A stretch of 64,000 nt of DNA from Octopus sinensis (lineage: Eukaryota): contig NC_043000.1 of the NCBI RefSeq assembly GCF_006345805.1, positions 35,712,001 to 35,776,000 of the forward strand. Direction: 5' to 3'. The notes beneath the pieces were generated by a model that saw only the letters and a program-made list of their open reading frames with translations, had not been told where the DNA came from and made no database searches. Positions within the stretch are counted from its first letter, which is position 1. Every line of letters begins with the position of its first letter. The position numbers and the translations under genes were made by a program. Below, one piece after another: positions 25,137-39,155 of this stretch.

Positions 25137-28100
25137 TACATATATACATACATACCCTGTTGTTGATGTTGAAATTCCAATGAAGGTGACTTGGATCTAG
25201 GTTAGAAACCAGCACTTTCTCTATAAGCAAGGAATCTTGAAATAAATTGAATAATGACATGCATGCATGCACACACACACACACACATTTATATAAAAAA
25301 ATATTCTTTTATTGAAAAGTATATTGATGTTTCATTTTGTCTGTATAATTCTTACAGCTTTATCAAATGATAAAAACAAAAATATTTTACAATCACCTTC
25401 AAAAGAAGAATGTATCCAAGAATTAAGTGGTAAGTCTACCAAAACATTATTGCTATTTCTTCAGATTTAAAACATAAAAACTGTCTTCCATTGCCACCAT
25501 TCTTTTCCTTTCCTTTATAGTTTAGTTGAATGATCAAACCTAAATCTAACACGAGATTTTGAAGTTGTACTTTTCCTCAAATCTATTTCGTTTGCAGCAG
25601 ACGGAAATTGCATTTTAGATATTTCACTGCTTTGTCTCCCATTTTATATGTTGGCGTGAGTCTGGATGACTTCACTGCTAATTATGCCTTGTTAATGCTT
25701 TGACTGTCTTGTGTATCACATATGACACACAGTGAATATTTCCCCAACATCCACGTAGCATGTATGATCATATTCCCAATCTTTAATGAAGATTTTGAAC
25801 TTATTAATTAAGAAAGCCTTCTTGATTCGAAAGTTGCCACTGTTGCATTCCATGGCTCTGATGGATAAGGTAAAGTCCTGCATTTGGCACTTCAGCAGAT
25901 GGTTATAAACTGAAGAGAGCTGGCAGAAACGTTAGCACACCGGGCGAAATGCTTAGCGGTATTTCGTCTGGCGTTACGTTGTGAGTTCAAATTCCGCCGA
26001 GGTCGACTTTGCCTTTCATCCTTTCGGGGTCGATAAATTAAGTACCAGTTACGCACTGGGGTCGATATAATCGACTTAATACTTATGTCTGTCCTTGTTT
26101 GTCCCCTCTATGTTTAGCCCCTTGTGGGTAATAAAGAAATAGGTTATAAACTGAAGTGATCCAAAATTCTATGTAATCTCATTTAAAAATTTAATTTTTG
26201 TATTGTCTATTTATTTACTTATTTGTTTATTTTTTCCAGTGTTGAGATTAAACTTAGAAACTGAACTTGAAGAAAATCGAATACTCAAAGAACAGCTTAA
26301 CAGTTCCGATGTAAGACTGTTATCATTTTCAACTTTTTCTTTCTTTTTCTAATTTTGTTTTGAATTTTAGCTCTTATTGAAGAATTTTTTCCCAGAATCT
26401 TTATTTTAAATGTTATTATTTTTAATTTATAGAAAAAATTCAGACAACAAATAGCATCTTTCGAAGATGAAATTGAAAAATTATCGGAAAAATTGAAAAG
26501 AAAACAAGAAAGGTAAATCAGTCATTTACTTATAATTGGTTTTTTTTTTTTACATTTTTTAAAGAATTTTGCATAATGTTTCATGGATTCAGTGGGTTTA
26601 TGAATGTTGCTTGCTTTGTAACGACATGATTTTGGGTTCTGTCCCACTGCATGGTACCTTGAGCAAGTGTCTTTTATTATAGCCTTGGGCTGACCAAGGC
26701 CTTCTGAGTGGGTGAACTTAGTAGGTGGAACCATGTGTGTGTGTGTATTTATATAAAACATATATATATTTATATATAAATAAATATATCATCATCATCA
26801 TCGTTTAACGTCCGCTTTCCATGCTGGCATAGGTTGGACAGTTTGACTGAGGGCTGGTAAGCAAGGAGGCTGCACCAGGCTCCAATCTGATCTGGCAGAG
26901 TTTCTACAGCTAGATGCCCTTCCTAACGCCAACCACTCCGAGAGTGTAGTGGGTGCTTTTACGTACCACTGGCATAAGAGACAATCAAGCGGTACTGGCA
27001 TCGGCCACGCTCAAATGGTGCTTTTTACATGCCACCGGTGCAGGAGCCAGTCAGTGGCCCTGGCACCGATCATGCTTGAATGGTACTTTTAACGTTCCAC
27101 TGGCATGGGTGCCAATCAGGTGGTACTGTCATCGGCCAGTTGACCCAATGTCATAAGTGGGTCCACTCAGCCTTCTCCAACAGCTGCAGCCACACAAGAC
27201 TCCCTAACACCACTCTCCAGTGATGGCACATGGCTTAGTAGTTAGGGTTCTTGGCTCACCATCGTAAGGCTGTGAGTTCAATTCCTGGCAGTGTATTGTG
27301 TCCTTGAGCAAGAAACTTTACTCCACATTGCTCCAGTCCACTCAGCTGGCAAAAATGAGTTGACCCTGTAATTCAAAGGGTCAGCTTTGTCACATTCTGT
27401 GTCACGCTGAATCTCCCTAAGAACTACATTAAAAGTACACATCTGTGGAGTACTCAGCCACTTGCAAGTTAATTTCATGAGTAGGCTGTTTTGTTGATTG
27501 GATCATGTGGAAGCCTCGTTGTTATAACTGGCTGAGTGCCAGTATTTTAGTGACCAGTTGACCGCCTCTAACGCCAATGTCTTCTGTTTACAGCTATGTT
27601 CATTTACAAGAAGAGAAAGAAACATATTTCAAGGAAGCTGAGTAAGTAAAGACAATCTTCTACAAATTCTTCGATTTTTTTTTTATTGATCTGGTGTGTG
27701 GGGTGGGGTGAGAGAAGGGACTGAGTGCAGAGATGTCACATGATCTCTGGGATTAATGAAATTGACATAATTAATGTTACCTTTGATCTGTTGAAAGTTG
27801 ATGGTTGCAGGAAATGGCAATGGTCTGGGAAGTAATTCCAGAGGGATATCATTCTGGGGGAGAGGAAAGGATTGGGTATAGTGATTGGTGGTAATGGGGA
27901 ATGGTAGGGAAGTGGTAGGAGTGGGTGGTGGTGGGAGTGATGGGGTGGTGTTTAGACCTAATGTGGGTTGTGAGAAGAATTAGAGATGAGGAAATAAGAA
28001 GTTCATGATTAGAAGCAGTAAAGAGCAACACTCTCCGAGGAACAGAGGCCACAGTTGTAGGAGTTGTAGCCATTTCACATCCGGGTTGGATGGTTTGACA

Positions 28101-29030
28101 GCACCCAGTTACCTATTGCCCTGCTTTGAGTTCCATTGTCTGTTTTGACATAGTTTCTACAGCAAGATGCCCTTCCTTACACCAACCACTTTACAGTATG
28201 AACTTGGTGCTTTGTTTTTCCCTGATCCCATCACATGTGAGTTCATCAAGCAGCTTGCAAGACAAGACCCCTCAGCTGAGTGGAGGTGCAGGATTGAAGG
28301 TAGTGGGTTTTTTGCTGGGTGTTGAGAATCCAAAATATGATGGAAGGACAGGAACAAGCATCCTGTTTTTGAGGGGATCCATGGCTACTCTAGCTGGAAA
28401 AGGAGAAAGGATGGTGGAAATAAGGTGTCAGAGCATACCTCTAGGGTACAAAAAGGTGGATGGAGAGAGAATAGGGACTGAAACTTGAGGATAGCTGGAT
28501 TGGTTGGTTCTTGAGATTGTGAAAGGTGAGTGACAGATGGTAGAGGTGGGGGCAGAAGTGAATGGGGAAGAGATGGGGGTGGCGTTTAGAAGTAATTGAA
28601 CAGATTCTGATAATAATTTTGGAAAATCACAAGTTGCTTATTTTCATTTTTATCTTTTAATCCTTTGAAGAAAACGGCTTGAAGAGGTCCAGGCTGGTCG
28701 TGATCGGGAAAAGAAGTATTATACAGATGTGGTCAATAAGCTGCAGGCTGAAATGGAATCTAAACAGCAGGTTTGTAAATGTTTAGCCATGTAGGTTGTG
28801 GCAGGTTGTGGCTGTGGAGTTATCGCTTGGTTCCAGTTCTCTGACCCTTTGAAGAAGTGTCTCTACTGTAGTGTTGATTTGTAGCTTGTGTGTGGTATTT
28901 GATCAAAGTGAAATTGGACGGGAACCTGAGTGTGCGTTTGTGTGTTACGTTAAGAGTCCTCTCTTGGTCAAGGTTTACTTTGTTTCTGTACACATGTATT
29001 TATATAGCTGTGTGTGTATGTATATACATA

Positions 29031-29073
<43 letters not shown>

Positions 29074-29083
29074 TATATATATG

Positions 29084-29117
<34 letters not shown>

Positions 29118-29285
29118 CAGGTGTAGCTGTGTGGTAAGAAGCTTGCTTCCCAACCACATGGTTCCAGGTTCATACTTACGGCATGGCACCCTGGGCAAGC
29201 GTTTTCTACTATAGCCTTGAACTGACCAAAGCCTTGTGAGTGGATCTGGTAGACGGAAACTGAAAGAAGCCCGTTGTATATGTTT

Positions 29286-29335
<50 letters not shown>

Positions 29336-30302
29336 TTATAATTATGAATAAGTCACAATTATAGTGAAGAGGGTTTATATTTTCCCAACTCATATCCGGT
29401 GATTTTACTGTGGATCGAATTTACTGGTCTTTTCACATAAAAGCTGTGCATGGCATTTGAATTCAAAACTTGATTGTGTAGACAGAGGTGGAAACATTTC
29501 TTTTGCCAGTTGGGATTCATGCTAACCCCAAGGTAAAATCTTGTTTTGATTTCTATCTATAGGAATATTTCCCCTGATGAGACAAATGGGTCCCTTAAGT
29601 GGTCCCTAACACTGAAATTGCAATAGGGCATTAACCAGTTATTTTAAAGTTGTGGATTCTATTTGTCATGTCGCCCGAAGACCGTTTTTATCATGAAGGG
29701 AAATGATATGAGCAATAAAATGGCTTTATAGCAGTTTTGGCTGCTACTTTTAACATGAAAGGGTTTTGGAACCCTCTTAGTTATAACTGTGATTTGTTCA
29801 TAATTATAAAGGTTTTTCTTCTATGTATTTTCTGATAACATGTTTGGACATTGATATATTCATAAATAATCTTAATTATTTATAATATATCCTCCGTAAT
29901 GTTTTATGACATTACTTCCTAATTATATATATATATGTGTGTGTGTGCGTGTGTGTGTGTGGTGTATGTATGTATATACTTGTGTGTGTGTGTGTGTGTG
30001 AGTGTGCGTCTGTATTTGTCCCTCCACCATTGTTTGACAACCAATGTTGGTGTGTTTGCATCCCCATAACTTAGTGGTTCAGCAACAGAGACCAATAGAA
30101 TAAGTACTGGGGTTACAAAGTATAAGTTCTGGAGTTGATTTGTTCAACTAAAGGTGGAGCTCTGACATGGTCGCAGTCAAATGACTGAAACAAGTAAAAG
30201 AAAAAGAATAAAAGAAAAGAATATATATATAATAAAAATATAAATAATATATTTATATATACACATAGATACAAATGTATATGCACATACTTACATCTAT
30301 AC

Positions 30303-30359
<57 letters not shown>

Positions 30360-33300
30360 TATGCGGGCAGAGGACATCGTGAAACGTTTACAGCAAAAGA
30401 ATATGAAGTACGAGTACATGGAATACAAACTATTTTTTCGAACAGCGAAAGACACAAATGGAAAACAAAACAAACAACATAAAGAACGACCCTTCATCAA
30501 TATTTGGCTGTTTTTCTAGTCTTGTATTTCTAGTATTTAACAACAATATATGCTTTTGATAAAACAGTTGCTCCTGCAAAGCAAATTAAATAAAATTTGA
30601 GATTTTGTTGAGGGTCAAAATTGGTAACACAAAATATGACAGTGAAAACAAACAGGAAGGGCTACTAAGCCTAAACGGGTGGTGGTGGTGAACGCATAAA
30701 TCAAGCTAGGACAGGAGACAAACAAGAACACGTCTTCCTTGTTCCAGCTACAACGCTGAGAAAGAAAGAAACCCCAAGTTTGAAGAAAGAAAGATGGCCG
30801 ATGGTCACATGGAAGCCATGTGAGCAAGGGAGGAGGATTGAGGAGAGAGAGAGAGAGACAGAGTAATAGGATAGAATAGTGGGAGAAGAGGAGGTAAAAG
30901 AATAAGAGGGAGAAAGAGAGAAAAACGAAATAGTAAATAGATCGTATAGAGTGTGCCTCAGAATTATTAAGATAAAACTTACTTGGAAGAGGATGTATGG
31001 CATTCGATCATATAATAATATAAAGGACTCAGTCAAACCGTCCAACTCATGCCAGCACGGAAAGATGTTAAGCGACAACGACGACGATGATGTATATATA
31101 TGTTTTGATGTAATCATTGTAGTCAAATGGAAATTGTAGTTGTGTTACCTGTGCTGGTGGCACGTAAAAAGCATCATCCGAATGTGGCCGATGCCAGCGC
31201 CGCCTTGACTGGCTTCTGTGCTGGTAGCATGTAAAAAGCACCAACCGATCGTGGACACTGCCAGCCTCCCCTGGCACCTGTGCTGGTGGTATGTAAAAAG
31301 CACCCACTACACTCTCGGAGTGGTTGGCATTAGGAAGGGCATCCAGCTGTAGAAACATTGCCAAATCAGACTGGAGCCTGGTGCAGCTTCCTGGCTTCCC
31401 AGACCCCTGTTGAACCGTCCAACCCATGCTAGCATGGAAAACGGATGTTAAATGATGATGATGATGATTGCTTAAGGTCAATCAGAAAGTTACCATTGGT
31501 TTCATGTCTATTATTGTTCTTGTCAATACAGGCGACACGCAAGGCCGGCTGCTCAGAGGCACATAACCTCTTTACTAATGGAGAGTGTGTTATTTTTCGG
31601 ATAACTGACCAATTTTATATATATATATTCCAGAGATGAGATCCAGAGATTCTTGGTATAGAAAGCAATGTGTGTGTGTATGTGTGTGTGTTTGTGTATG
31701 CATATGTATGTATTTGCATCTGCAGGCCTGGGCTGGTTTATTTGGCAGAAGATTCAACAATTGTCCATACACGCAAGACCCCCCCCCCCACACACTCTCC
31801 CTGACTTTGATTATGTCCAAAGGGCATTCACTGGCCAAGATTGGTGGGTTTTATAGATCCTGAAGCTGTTGGTGGCTGATAAGTGATAATGTTGGTGTTG
31901 ATGATGAATGTTAAGAGTGATTATTTGATCATGATAACGAGGATTAAGAGTGCTGCTGCTGTTGCTGCTGAAGATGGTGCAATAGTGTTGATGATGAAAG
32001 ATGGAAATTATAAACCTTTATCTTGCTTTTAATTTCTTTTGTCTTTTCTCTTCTTTAAGATGCTGGATGAATTTCAGAATTCGTCTTGTTCTAAAATCAA
32101 AGAATTAGAGAACCAAAATTTAGCCTTACAGCAAATGGTAAGAACTCGTTCAGTTTTGGAATAATTGCATTCAGCCTTAAATGTCTTCATGCTTTCTTCT
32201 CAATCAATCTTAAGATCTGCTTTTATGTATTACTAGCTGACCCCAGGGAAATTCCACTCTTTAATTAGAAACATTTGCCAAGATCAGTCTGGCATTTTAA
32301 ATGCTTTATTTTATAAGTTTATATATGTATATGTATATGTAGGTGTAGCTGTACAGTAAGAAGTCTACTGCCTGACCTCATGGTTCTAGGTTCAGTCCCT
32401 CTCTGTGGCACCTTGGGAAAGTGTCTTCTATTATAGCCCTGGACTGAGTGTGTTTGGTTGACAGAAACTGAGAGAAGCCTGTTGTGTGTGTGTGTGTGTG
32501 TGTGTTTGTGTTTTCTTGCAATGGCATTCTGTGGTTGTTGTCAAATGATTGCCTAGTCAACATACAAGCAATGTCATTCATTTACAACATTCTTCAAAAT
32601 ATGTTTGGTTATAGGGAAATATTTCTTTGCTTGAAAACATGACAGAAAATTTGCTTCAAATAAACCCTGTTTGACCTTTGTAGGCATGGAAAAGGGAGCA
32701 TTAAAATGATGACGATAATGATATATACACATATACAAATAATATACATGATACCATACATATACAACACAAGAAATTGACTGAAACTATCAATATGGAA
32801 TATTTTATCTATCTTGAGAGAAGAAACAATATTTTTCATAAAAGTCAGTCCTCTTTTAGTTCCCTGACTTTTTTTTACCTTTTTTTTTATCTTATGTTCA
32901 TCTGTTTGCCTTGAATATATAAATGACACACAACAGATTTACTTGTCATCTTCTGCTACAAACCCTAACTCCAAACATATTTTACCGTTTCCTCACAACG
33001 GCCATTCCAAAGATACAAACCTCACAAGCATTTACTTCATTGTGTGTTTGTGCGGTTTCCTAACTTTGCTAAAAATAGTAGTCAAACCTTCTTTAGATCA
33101 TAGCTTTACTATCATAAAATAAGGAAGACACATCGGATAACGTAGTCCATAGCACAGTACAATACATCTGAATAAAAGGCAGGGCGGTCATGGCAGGATT
33201 AAGCTTGATCATAGGTCTGAGCAATTGCAACAACAATAACAACAATATTTCATTGTCAGAAGACGCGGTGCAACAAAAAGAACCCATTAATTTCTCTGTT

Positions 33301-36300
33301 CATGTCTCGACCTTACTGTAGTTATGTTAGATTTCTTCCTGTGCCTCTAGATCGATGCTATATTCCCTCTCTGTACTTGTGTGAGATTTTTTCGTATGTC
33401 TATATAGATTGATGTCACAGTTCCTCACTGTATTTATGCGAGGTTTCTTCTTGTGTCTTTAGATCGATGCCACAAGTATTGTTAACAACCAGCAGCGTGA
33501 TGAAGTCGAAACGGAGTACAAACAGCGAATTAGTGTTCTGGAGAAACAACTAGCCATGCAGGCCCAGCAGTTTGATGACTTTAAAGTTCAACTGCAGGTA
33601 ACGGGTTTTTTCTTTATTTCATCATCTTCTATACATTAAGAAGTTTCACATCAAATCATGGTGAACCTATTGTCTAGTTGATGTCTGTTTAACAAGTTGT
33701 TTCTTTAGCTTGGATGTGTGGAATCAGAGATTCTGTCACTATTATCCTCCAGACACTTCGAGGTGTCATTCACGAGCTAGGACAGGGATTGAAAGTGTAA
33801 ATTATATTTTAACAAATAGACCAGTGCTAGAACATTAGACCCAGTCTGTGAAATTATATGGTTCAGGTTCAATCCATGTTTAGGTCTTGAATGACACCTG
33901 AAAGGGACTGCATTAAAAATGAAGAAATAGAGACTGGGGGAAAACTGACTTAGATAAGTCATGCAGTCTTCCTTGAATCCATTCCACTGTCTTCAGAGAA
34001 AGGTAGGATACGGTGGATAATACAGGTGTTGGATATATGTAAAAATAAAACCCCTCAAAAAGCAAAAGAAGATGAGAGAGGTTTGTGGCTGGAACATCTT
34101 TGATTCTTTGATTACAGGTCGGCTAAATGGGGTTTGGCCTAGGGCCAAGCAACAACAACAGCAACTACTACTACTACTACTACTACTACAAGTAGTAGTA
34201 GTAGTAGTCGTAGTAGCAGCAGTGGCAGCAGCAGCAGTAGCAGCAGTTGTAGTTGTCTATATTGAAAGATGGTATCAATAATAGATAATTGGTTGGTTTT
34301 TGTGATATTGATTGTTTTAAGGCAAAAACTAGGAGAGTGACGACATATTGCAGTTGTGTTGTTGTTGTTGTTTTCATCAAATAGGGCTGACCCCCCTCCC
34401 CTCCCACCTCCAACATCACTCCCAACCACTTTGACATCTACAAAAGAAATAAACTGACAAAGTGACATCTGTTTCACTGGCATCTGTTGTTATAACAACA
34501 ATAATTATAATAACAATTTCAAATTTTGTCACAAGGCCAGCGATTTTGGGGGAGGGGGTAAGTTGATTACATTGAGTCCCAGTGTTCAACTGATACTTAT
34601 TTTATTGACCTTGAAATGGTGAAAGGCAAAGTCGACCTCAGCAGAATTTGAACTCTGAATGAAATGTTGCAAAGCATTTTGCTCGGCATGCTAATGTTTC
34701 TGCCTGCTTGCTGCCTTGATGATAATAATAATGATAATAATAACAATAATAATAATAATAATAATAACAAGAGCACTCAGAGAGCACAAACCTCCACCAA
34801 GGCAACAACAATGTCCTCTTGACGATTAGCCAGAGATGATTTTTAAAATGGGAATGTCTGAAATAAACTCGACTGCTCTCACAAATGAGAATACTTAAAA
34901 TGAACTCAACCGCTCTCTCAAAAATTAAGTAAAAAAAAAACGGAAAAATAATCCAGAATTCTTGTCTTGTACCAGATCGATCCCAAAATCTAATCAGTTT
35001 GTGCCAGTCACGAGGCCAAACATCCCTGAAAGTTTCATCCAAATCAATCCACAGGTTCTTGAGACATCTTGTGTTTGAGATATCAAACACAACTGAAAAC
35101 AGTACCTCTGCCTTCACTAAGGAGAATGTAATGATCCTTTTTACTATAGTCACAAAGCCTGAAGTTTTCTGGGAGTGGGATAGTCAGTTTCATCGACCCC
35201 AATACACAACTGGTACTAGTTTTATTGACCTGAAAAGGATGGAAAGCAAAGTTGACCTCGGTGTAATTTGAACTTGGGACATGCACATTGATGAAATGCC
35301 ATTAAGCATTTCGCCTAGCACGTCCGTTTTCCATGCTGGCATGAGTTGGACAGTTTGACTGAGGACTGGTGAGCCAGAAGGCTGCACCAGGCTTCAATCT
35401 GATCTGGCAAAGTTTCTACAGCTGGATGCCCATCCTAACGCCAACCACTCCAAGAGTATAGTGGCTGCTTTTTACGTGACACCAGCATGAGGGCCAGTCA
35501 GGTGGTTCTAGCAATGACCACACTCAAAAGGTGTTTTTTACGTGCTACCTGCACGGGAGCCAGTCTGGCGGCACTGGCAACAACCACACTCAAATTCCGT
35601 CAGCTCACTGCTTTAATAATGAACAGCGACCACACCTATTCACCGTCAAGGTTGCACTGGAGATGTAGCCTCAGCACATGTCTGCGCATCATCAAACACG
35701 GCATGCCCAGGCCACCAGGCAGCGGGTGTTGTCCACAGATAGACTTCCTGACCATCGGGATGTTCCCTTCCACAGGAAGTGGAAGAGTATATGCTCAGCA
35801 TAATTAGACGGTGGCCAGGACAAGGCACGATGGTCAAGCGATAGTGGATAACAGATGGGATATATGCGTTAGCTGCGTCTGCCCAACCTTTCAGGAGTAG
35901 CTTTCTCTGGGCCCATTTCTGGCTGAGAGTAGTCACACTGCTTGTTACCTCGTCCCAGTTTTTGTCCATCTGGAGGTCTGAACCGAACCAGACTCTGAGC
36001 AATCTAACTGATCCGTCTGTCCAGTGCCCAACGATGCAGTTGGACAGCATGGACTTGCTTCTGCAGGTGTCAAGCTGTGAGCCCACTGATTTTTCCTGGT
36101 TAATCATCGCTCCTGAAATTGCCTTGTAGTCCCTGAGAGTGGTGCTGATCATTTCTATGTGTTTATGATCTGACATCACTATGGCGATGTCGTCAGCATA
36201 TGCCAACACACATCTCCCACATCCTAGGTCACACAGGATGCCTCACAACACCTCCAGTTTGTGTAGTAGTATCTCGAGAGCCAGTACATACAAGAGAGAC

Positions 36301-39121
36301 GAGACGAGGCAACCTTGCAGGACCGAGCGCATGGTGTTGGATGGTTCTGAGAGATGACCATTCACTCTGACCACTAAACAGATGCCGCTGTGGATTGCAG
36401 TGATCCAGCCCCTGGATACAGGCCCGAAACCAGCTGGTTTGAGGAATGCCACTAGTTATAGATGGTCAACCCTATCGAAAGCTTTAAACTGATCTAAATT
36501 GATCAGGGCCCTACCTGTGCCAGGTTATTTAGCCACTTTCTCAATGATGTATTGCATGAAGTGGAGGTTGTCATGGATGGATCTTTCCAGGATGGCACAT
36601 GTCTGTGCCTCCCCTACCAGCTCCCCGACGACAAGCGCCAACCTCGTAGCTAACACTTGGATAAAATTTTGAATTCTGCATTCAGCAGAGTTATGGGCCT
36701 AAAGTTATCAATACAATCCCCCTTGTTTGGGTCTTTTCTCAGCATCTCCACTGCTCCTTGGCTCACATAACTGGGAATTCTTGCGTTCTGTTGCCAGTTG
36801 CAGTAAACATTTGCTAAGAGGTCGCCGAACAAGTCTGGCATGTAAGTGTGAAGCTCGTAGGGCAGATTATCCAAACAAAGCAGCTAGCCATTGCATCCCA
36901 TATTTCAAAAGCTGTTATCGGCCTTTTGCAGTGCTCCGCCTCCGTGATGATAATAATAATAATAATAATAATAATATTAATAATAATGATGATGATACTG
37001 ATAATGATGATAATAATAATAAACACATTAGAATAATAAAACATCTAAGTACGTATAAACTTGTTTATTTCTGAACAGATGGATGTTGTTAGTTTGGGCA
37101 AACAGCCAGTTTAGAGAAAGGCCGATTGTGTGTGTGTGTGTGTGTGTGCAATTTCATATTTCTGTTTGATTGTATGTGTGTGTGTGTGTGTAGTTGTGTA
37201 TGTATCTTTATGTAGTTGTATATGTATATATGTATTTGTATATTGTGCATGTGCATATGGTTGTGTGTGTTTACATAGTTGTATACTGTGGTGTGTGTGC
37301 GCATGTGTGTGTGCGTGTGCGTGATTGCATGTGGTTGCATGGTTGTATGTATGTGTGTATGTGTCTATGTTGTATGTTTGCATGCAATTCCATGTTTGTG
37401 TGATTGCATGTGTGCACATATGTGTATGTGTTTGTATGTGTGAATGCTTGTGTACTGTTGTGTGTGTGTTTGTATGTGTGAACGCTTGTGTGTGTTTGCA
37501 TATAGTTGTATGTGTATGTGTAAGAACTTCCACCAATGCCTTATTTAACATTTTCGTTACCATATTTCTGTTGAAATATTCTGTCTTTTCTTTTAATAAT
37601 GAAGAATTTAGTAAAATAAGGTTATTATTATTCAGCAGAAATGGATGTGTACAGATTCTAAGAAAGAATTAAATAAAAGAAGGTAAAACAATTTAGAAAT
37701 AAAAGGAACGTTTAATCGACTAAAATACGGATTAGTCTTGATCTGTTTCTAAATTTATATGGAACATAAAACATGCAACAAACCACAGATGAGATGTTTT
37801 GACATTTCAATAATGTTTGTGTAGACATTATAGGTACAGTCGTGGCGGTGTGGTAAGAAGCTTGCTTTCCAACTGCATGGTTCTGGGTTCAGTCCAACTG
37901 CATGGCACATTGGGCCAACCAAAGCCTTGGAAATGGATTTGGTAAATGGTAACTGAAAGAAGCCCATTGTGTATATACATGTGTGTGTGTCTGCCACCAC
38001 CACCACCACCAGTGTTGTTGTGTTTACATCCTCAGAAATTAACAGTTTCGCAAAAGAATCTGCCAGAACAAGCATGAGGCTGACTTCAAGGTGGTGCCCC
38101 AGCATGACTGCAGTCTAATGACTGAAACGAGTACAAGATAAAAAAAAAAGGGAATATTTTTCATGATTTTACCCTTTTCGTAATTGGGATGTTTGTGAGA
38201 TCTTCTTGGTAGAACGAACTGACTTTGATTAGCAAAAATCTTTGTCAGGTGAATCCATAACTCTTCTGAGAGCAATGTGCAACTGACCACAACTGACCAT
38301 AAGTCTGTAGTATTGTAAAGAAGGTAACTTATTCAAATTACATTATTTACATTTGATGCCAGTGCCGTCAGTCTGGCTCCTGTGCCGGTGGCACGTAAAA
38401 AGCACCCACTATACTCTCAGAGTGGTTGACATTAAGAAGGGCATCCAGCTGTAGAAACACTACCAGATCAGGTTGGAGCCTGGTGCGGCCTCCTGGCTTG
38501 CCGGTCCCCAGTCAACTGTCCAACCCATGCCAGCATGGAAATTGGACGTTAAATGATTATTTTGATTATTGTGTGAGAGAGCAGTGCATGCCATCAAGGT
38601 GTCACTTGGTTAAAATATACAAAGCCCAGTATACCCATCATGACTACCTGTCTGATAAGGGTACACTAGGCACATGCATCAGAACCATGTGTGCATGGCT
38701 TGGTTATCTCATATCAAGGTAAACAGCACATGATCTTGCAGGTGGGGTCCAGTTAGAATTTTCTTCTGGTTGAGTAACCCATCCCACTCAAAAGGTCCCT
38801 GAATAAGGGTTGTTTAAGGATGTTGAATGAAACACCCTTGTTTCCAGAGGTGAATTCTTCAAACCCCACAGAATCCCTCTCAACACATGACTATGATGCT
38901 CCCCCACTACTTCTGCTCATGATCAGAGATGCACATATCGTCAGCCACTAAGGGACATGCTCAACTGGTCAAGGTCAAACAACTGACCAGCAAATCTGGT
39001 ATTGAGCAGAATATTTGCTGTAGCCCATCTTTTACACCAAAACAAAACAATGTTCATGATAACAGTTCCAATCAGTTAAGATCAGAAGCCATGAGAGTCA
39101 CTGCCTGGTACTGCTTCAGGG

Positions 39122-39155
<34 letters not shown>

